DNA from: Rebecca billardiae RCC1528
Lineage: Eukaryota > Protista > Haptophyta
Length of the DNA: 64,000 nucleotides
Direction of reading: 5' to 3'
Assembly: GCA_965240325.2 (NCBI GenBank)
Contig: OZ251227.1
Coordinates: 1,674,001 to 1,738,000, forward strand
Both the position numbers and the translations under genes were made by a program. Positions 59,889-64,000 of the stretch are shown here, one piece after another. The notes beneath the pieces were generated by a model. It was not told the origin of the DNA and did no database searches. It saw only the letters and a list, made by a program, of their open reading frames with translations. Each line of letters starts with the position of its first letter. The first letter of the stretch is position 1.

Positions 59889-60236
59889 CCATCATTCATC
59901 AATCATTGACGAGTTGGCTGTGGCATCACGTCACGCCCGCATCGGCGGCGTCCGAGGCCGTCATAGCTAGCCGCCCTGTCCGCCGCCGCCCCCCCCCCCC
60001 CCCCCGACCCATCCCGCGCTCTAGCTTATGCAGATGGTCAACCGAGAAATTGCATGTAGAGTCGGACACGGACCTACCCTGAGGCCACTGAAAAACAAAC
60101 AGCAATAATCAATGGCGCGACAGCACTGGCACTTAGCCCGCCCGACCAGTCACACAGACACAGTGTCACACACACGTACCGCGGCACACACCCCGCCCCG
60201 CCAGGGCAAAGATTTCATTAGTGATTCTTATTTTAT

Positions 60237-60356
<120 letters not shown>

Positions 60357-62020
60357 AGAGGCAGAGAGAGAGACGAGTAGAGTTATAACTAATAAGGCTT
60401 TCGGGCAGCAATGGAGCCTACTGCGACGTAGCCAGTAGCTTACTAGTGGCGCACGGCCCCCCCGAAAGGTCTGAGCGTGAGCGAAAGCCGGGGGGCGGCG
60501 GCGCACGTGCTCCGCAAAATCAAAAAAGATAATGGCGCGCGTGATGCTGGTGGGGATTTTGTACTTTTAGCAGGGGGAAAGCTGCTCACTAAGTCTAATG
60601 AATGGCATTGGGGGATTGGCAACCCCCTTGATGACGGCTTGATTGCGTTCGTACTATCCGATTCCCCTGCTCGTATTAATCTCTTTTTGCAGCATGGATA
60701 CTAATAGGACAATTCCCTCGCTCAATAGCACAAATGTCGCCTTGGCCAGTTGGCCTTCTTGGCCCAATGTGGGTGGCATTCTACTCTCTATCTGCGAGGA
60801 TTAAGAGCTCTCTGATGAAAGAAGTGTGGTGAGTGTGTCCTGGACAGCCTGAGCGGAAAGGTCAATAATTGCGCTTGTGATTCAAGATTCAGACTCAGCA
60901 CCCCGTATTGCCAATTGATTCAAAACCAATGCGGGTGTGAATCGACGCGTTTGGGCTCAATCTGCAATGAATAAGAGCTCTCTGATTAGGGTGTGGGGGC
61001 AACACGGCAAAGTCCGCGCTAACGTTAGGTAGTTAGAGAAATTTTAGATAGGCGGGATCCGGCCCTATTTGAGCTCTAACGTGGGCCTCGCTCCGGAGGG
61101 CCCAGGTCGCGCTTACGAGGGGGGAATCTGGCTCTGTAAGGGCTCGCCGTAACGTTAGCTCCCCTAAGTGGGAGATCGCGTCGCCGCGACCTTTGATTCG
61201 CGCCGCGGCGCCGCAAAGGGCGCACGTGGACAGCTCGGCTCGCTGGCGCAGCGCCGCACGGAGGCGCGCGCGCGCAGCTCGCGAGTGCGCGCGCGCGCGT
61301 TCTCGCGCGTTCGTCGCGCGAGAAGAAGTCTTCGCGTTCGCGGCGCCTTCGTGCGACCAGAAGCCGACGTGGCCTACGTCGTGCGCTCTTGCGTGCGTGC
61401 CGCAGTGTGCCCGGCAAGCGTTGCGTGCGCGCCGTGCCGCGTGCGCTCGCCGCGCTGGTGCACTCCTTGGAGAGCGCGCGGTTGGCGGGTCGCGCGAGCA
61501 GGGTGCCGTGCGTAGCGCTGCGAACGACTGGAGCTACCGCGGTCCGCACCCTGCACGTCAATGAAAGCGCCAAGGTGGCTGAGCGAGCGCTGGCCCTCGC
61601 ACGCGGTGGCGATGGTTCTTCTGGGCACCCTCGCCGCGTTTTGAATGCCGAGATTCAAATCTCTAACGTAACAAAAGCGACCGTGCCCCCACCCTCATCC
61701 AAGGGGCTTACAAAAGTGGTATTTGTAAGCCCCTTGCCTCATCCACGCTTTCCTTGGTAGGCTTCCGCTTACATTTTCATATTCACCGGACAAATAGAGA
61801 TCCTTCGATCAGTCGACGCGGCGTCGCTCACAGCGCAGGCAGGTGTTTGGCGTGGCTGCACTCTCGAGGTGGCTGGGATACAACATCCAGGTGCAGCACC
61901 CTCCCCGTGTGGTGTCAGAGCGCGCTCTCGAGCGCGTGCCTCCGAGCGCGGGGCGGCCGCTTGCTGCAATGGCCGCCTCGATGAGGTGCGGCAACGCGCC
62001 CCTCACCTGCCTGCGCCGGT

Positions 62021-62107
62021 CTGTTTTGTGGCGGTGTCTTTGTGCAGTGTTGGATGGCGTTAATCACGCCTTAACCAAGTGTGCACGTTAAATCATAGTA
62101 AACTGTA
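62021..62107 (+). repeat. Dispersed repeat ending GCACGTTAAATCATAGTAAACTG|TA
   Basis: Copies at 5846-5938 and 25671-25706; related ends at ~39306 and 39521. Confidence 0.8.
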
Positions 62108-62201
62108 ACGTTAGCGCGGACTTTGCCGTGTTGCCCCCACACCCTATTCAAATGGGTATGTATGGTACGCAGTGCTTCCTGGACAGTTAAAATGCCCCTT
62201 A

Positions 62202-64000
62202 TTTATAACGGGCTCCGGGTGATCAGGCTGGCGGCCGAAGCCTCCAGCCCTACCCTGGCCAGCCCCCAACCAACCACCACCCTCACCCAACCTCAAACCA
62301 CTGACCGAGACACCCGTAGTGTCTTGACACCACTCCACTGTGGACAGCCCGCCTCCAGAGGGGGCGGGGGTATGCCATTGCCAACAGCATACAAGCCCAA
62401 CACTGTGGGGTGGTCCCAGGTACAAGCAGTGCACGGCCTTGCAATTCAAGATCATCGAGTTTGAGCCGAGTCGGCAGAAGGGGCACCCCCTAGGGTGCCC
62501 CAGTGTGGGCAGAGGGCCAGCCACTAGCCGATCCCTGCGCGGCCGGAAGGGGACTGAGGGGACTGTCATCGAGCCCAGTAGCTGGGCAGGGGTCTGGGCC
62601 ACTGGCCCTGGCAGCGAGGCGCCTGTATTTCACTCGTGCAGCTATGGAGGCAGAGGGGGTCATGTCAGACATGTGTGCTATATCGGGCATCAAGTCAGGG
62701 CGTGGGCCGCTGTAGGAGGCAAGCAGAGTGGTGGCGATGGCTAATACGCCTGGGGAGGAGTCGTTTGCGCGCCTCTTTCTGCTGCTCTTTGCAGGGGGTT
62801 GCATACTTCGCTGTGCAGGCTGAGCCTGCCTGCCAGTTGGTGTTAGGATAGGCACATTTGCCTGGCGGGGTGGGCAGTGTCGTTTGGGCGGGGGGCTGTC
62901 TTGCTGAGCTTGACTAGGAGGAGGCAGCCTGCGCCTGGGGGCTGCCAGTGTCTTGGCAGAGCCAGCAGGTGGCTGTGTGGCCTGCTGTCCAGTGTCTGAT
63001 TGTGTAATGCCGTTGTGAGCTCAGTGACCAGTGTGACTGCCCGCAGCAGGATCTGCCTCAATCTCAGGGCCCCCATGTGTCAACACATTGTCCGACGGAC
63101 GCACATCGCGGCGAGCCAACGGTGGGGTAACATGTTGGAGCGGCCATGCCACAAGAGGTGTGGCAGGCTGCAGAGGCCACGCAATCACCATAGGGAGGGG
63201 GCGAGCACGCTGTAGGGGCCATGCCCGCAAGAGTAGCTGAGGGCGCACGTGGTGACCGCGCGCTATTGGCTGGTGCAGGTTGGCCTGCCCCGCGCCTGCC
63301 TGCCAGCCCTGGCCAGCCTGGGCAGGGGGTTGCTGCTGGATGACAGGTGGCCCCTGTAACTGATTATTCATGGCAATCGCCCCTCCTGGGCCTGCCTGTG
63401 CCTGTGGGGGAGGGGGCTGCCCCCCCTGGTCGTGCCCAGGCGGCTGCCGAAGCTCCCTGGCATGTCGGAGGAGACGCCCTGCCTTTGACAGCTGGGAGTC
63501 CACGTCCTTGCGGGCCTGCATGATGCCTAGCCCTGCCTTCAGTAAGGCCACGTGCATGCTCCTGCCGAGATGCACGTTGCCCCCCACAGTGGTCTTCAGT
63601 GTGCTGGGCACCCTGCCCAAGAGGGCAGCCCCAGAGCACACATGTCGCGCCAAGTTCCATGCTGCTGCCTGTCCCTGCATGAAGGGCTCAATTATATGCG
63701 ATATGCTTCTGGCAGCAGCCTCGCGGTAGGCATCGACCTCAGGGCACTCGGAGAAGAGGTGGTGTTCAGTATCTGGCGCTGGATGTAGCAGTGGAGTATG
63801 ATCACAGAGGGGGCAGGCATCGCTAAATGCAGCCCCCGACTGGAATCGCACAGATAACAACGTCGGGTCTCGCAGGGCAGCCGGCTGCAGGAACTCATAT
63901 CCGTGGTGGAGTATGTAGTAGGCAGGCACAGTGCTGGCCTGCCAGGTCCGTAGGATGCCAGTGGAGGCCTCTGGCCACACGCCAGTCCATTCACCCACCA
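62202..64000 (-). mobile_element. 3' portion of a non-LTR retrotransposon (ORF C-terminus plus ~0.8-kb 3' UTR)
   Basis: CCHC knuckle in the ORF. The 3' end is duplicated as a truncated copy at 34720-34847. Composition is CpG-poor relative to the flanks. Confidence 0.7.
63021..64000 (-). CDS. C-terminus of non-LTR retrotransposon polyprotein (zf-RVT-type zinc knuckle, Q/P/G-rich tail); partial
   Basis: CPLCDH.......DTEHHLFSECPEV..YR matches the knuckle that follows RT in non-LTR elements. The RT domain itself is not in the window. Confidence 0.7.
   Translation of the reverse strand, partial: VGEWTGVWPEASTGILRTWQASTVPAYYILHHGYEFLQPAALRDPTLLSVRFQSGAAFSDACPLCDHTPLLHPAPDTEHHLFSECPEVDAYREAAARSISHIIEPFMQGQAAAWNLARHVCSGAALLGRVPSTLKTTVGGNVHLGRSMHVALLKAGLGIMQARKDVDSQLSKAGRLLRHARELRQPPGHDQGGQPPPPQAQAGPGGAIAMNNQLQGPPVIQQQPPAQAGQGWQAGAGQANLHQPIARGHHVRPQLLLRAWPLQRARPLPMVIAWPLQPATPLVAWPLQHVTPPLARRDVRPSDNVLTHGGPEIEADPAAGSHTGH

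Noticed and set aside
62060-62095. Integron attC-like site (CCTTAAC...GTTAAAT)
   Set aside because: Too short, lacks the attC inner symmetry, no integrase present; better explained as a transposon end.

Overview
Very GC-rich eukaryotic nuclear DNA with short, (GC)n-rich GT-AG introns. The style suggests a haptophyte such as Pavlovales, but that is inference only. The window has two compartments. (1) About 1-21.6 kb is gene-dense, mostly head-to-head pairs: a Cys/His zinc-motif protein, Misato/DML1, a stand-alone cyclodeaminase/cyclohydrolase, TPPP/p25, a ZIP transporter, CEP89-like, a BRK-domain protein, a Dsn1-like kinetochore candidate, an EGF+exostosin GT47 and an LRR receptor-like protein. 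(2) About 21.8-64 kb is a nest of transposons and repeats holding only isolated intronless genes (EamA/DMT, MFS, tandem GNAT). The main finding is a complete 6.8-kb hAT-like DNA transposon (53105-59888; 15-bp TIRs, 7-bp TSD CCATCAT). Its spliced ORF of about 1830 aa joins a long coiled coil, a DDE/CxxH transposase core, a chromodomain-like module and two Tudor-like barrels. Also present: a CACTA-type end followed by a 1.8-kb higher-order array of a 14-bp palindrome, foldback elements (one with an in-window empty site), AT-flanked ISL2EU-like elements, CAGTTTA...TAAACTG ends bracketing intronless genes, and the 3' end of a non-LTR retrotransposon. Most ORFs in the supplied track are GC-driven shadow ORFs. 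All family calls come from motif recognition by eye, not from database searches.
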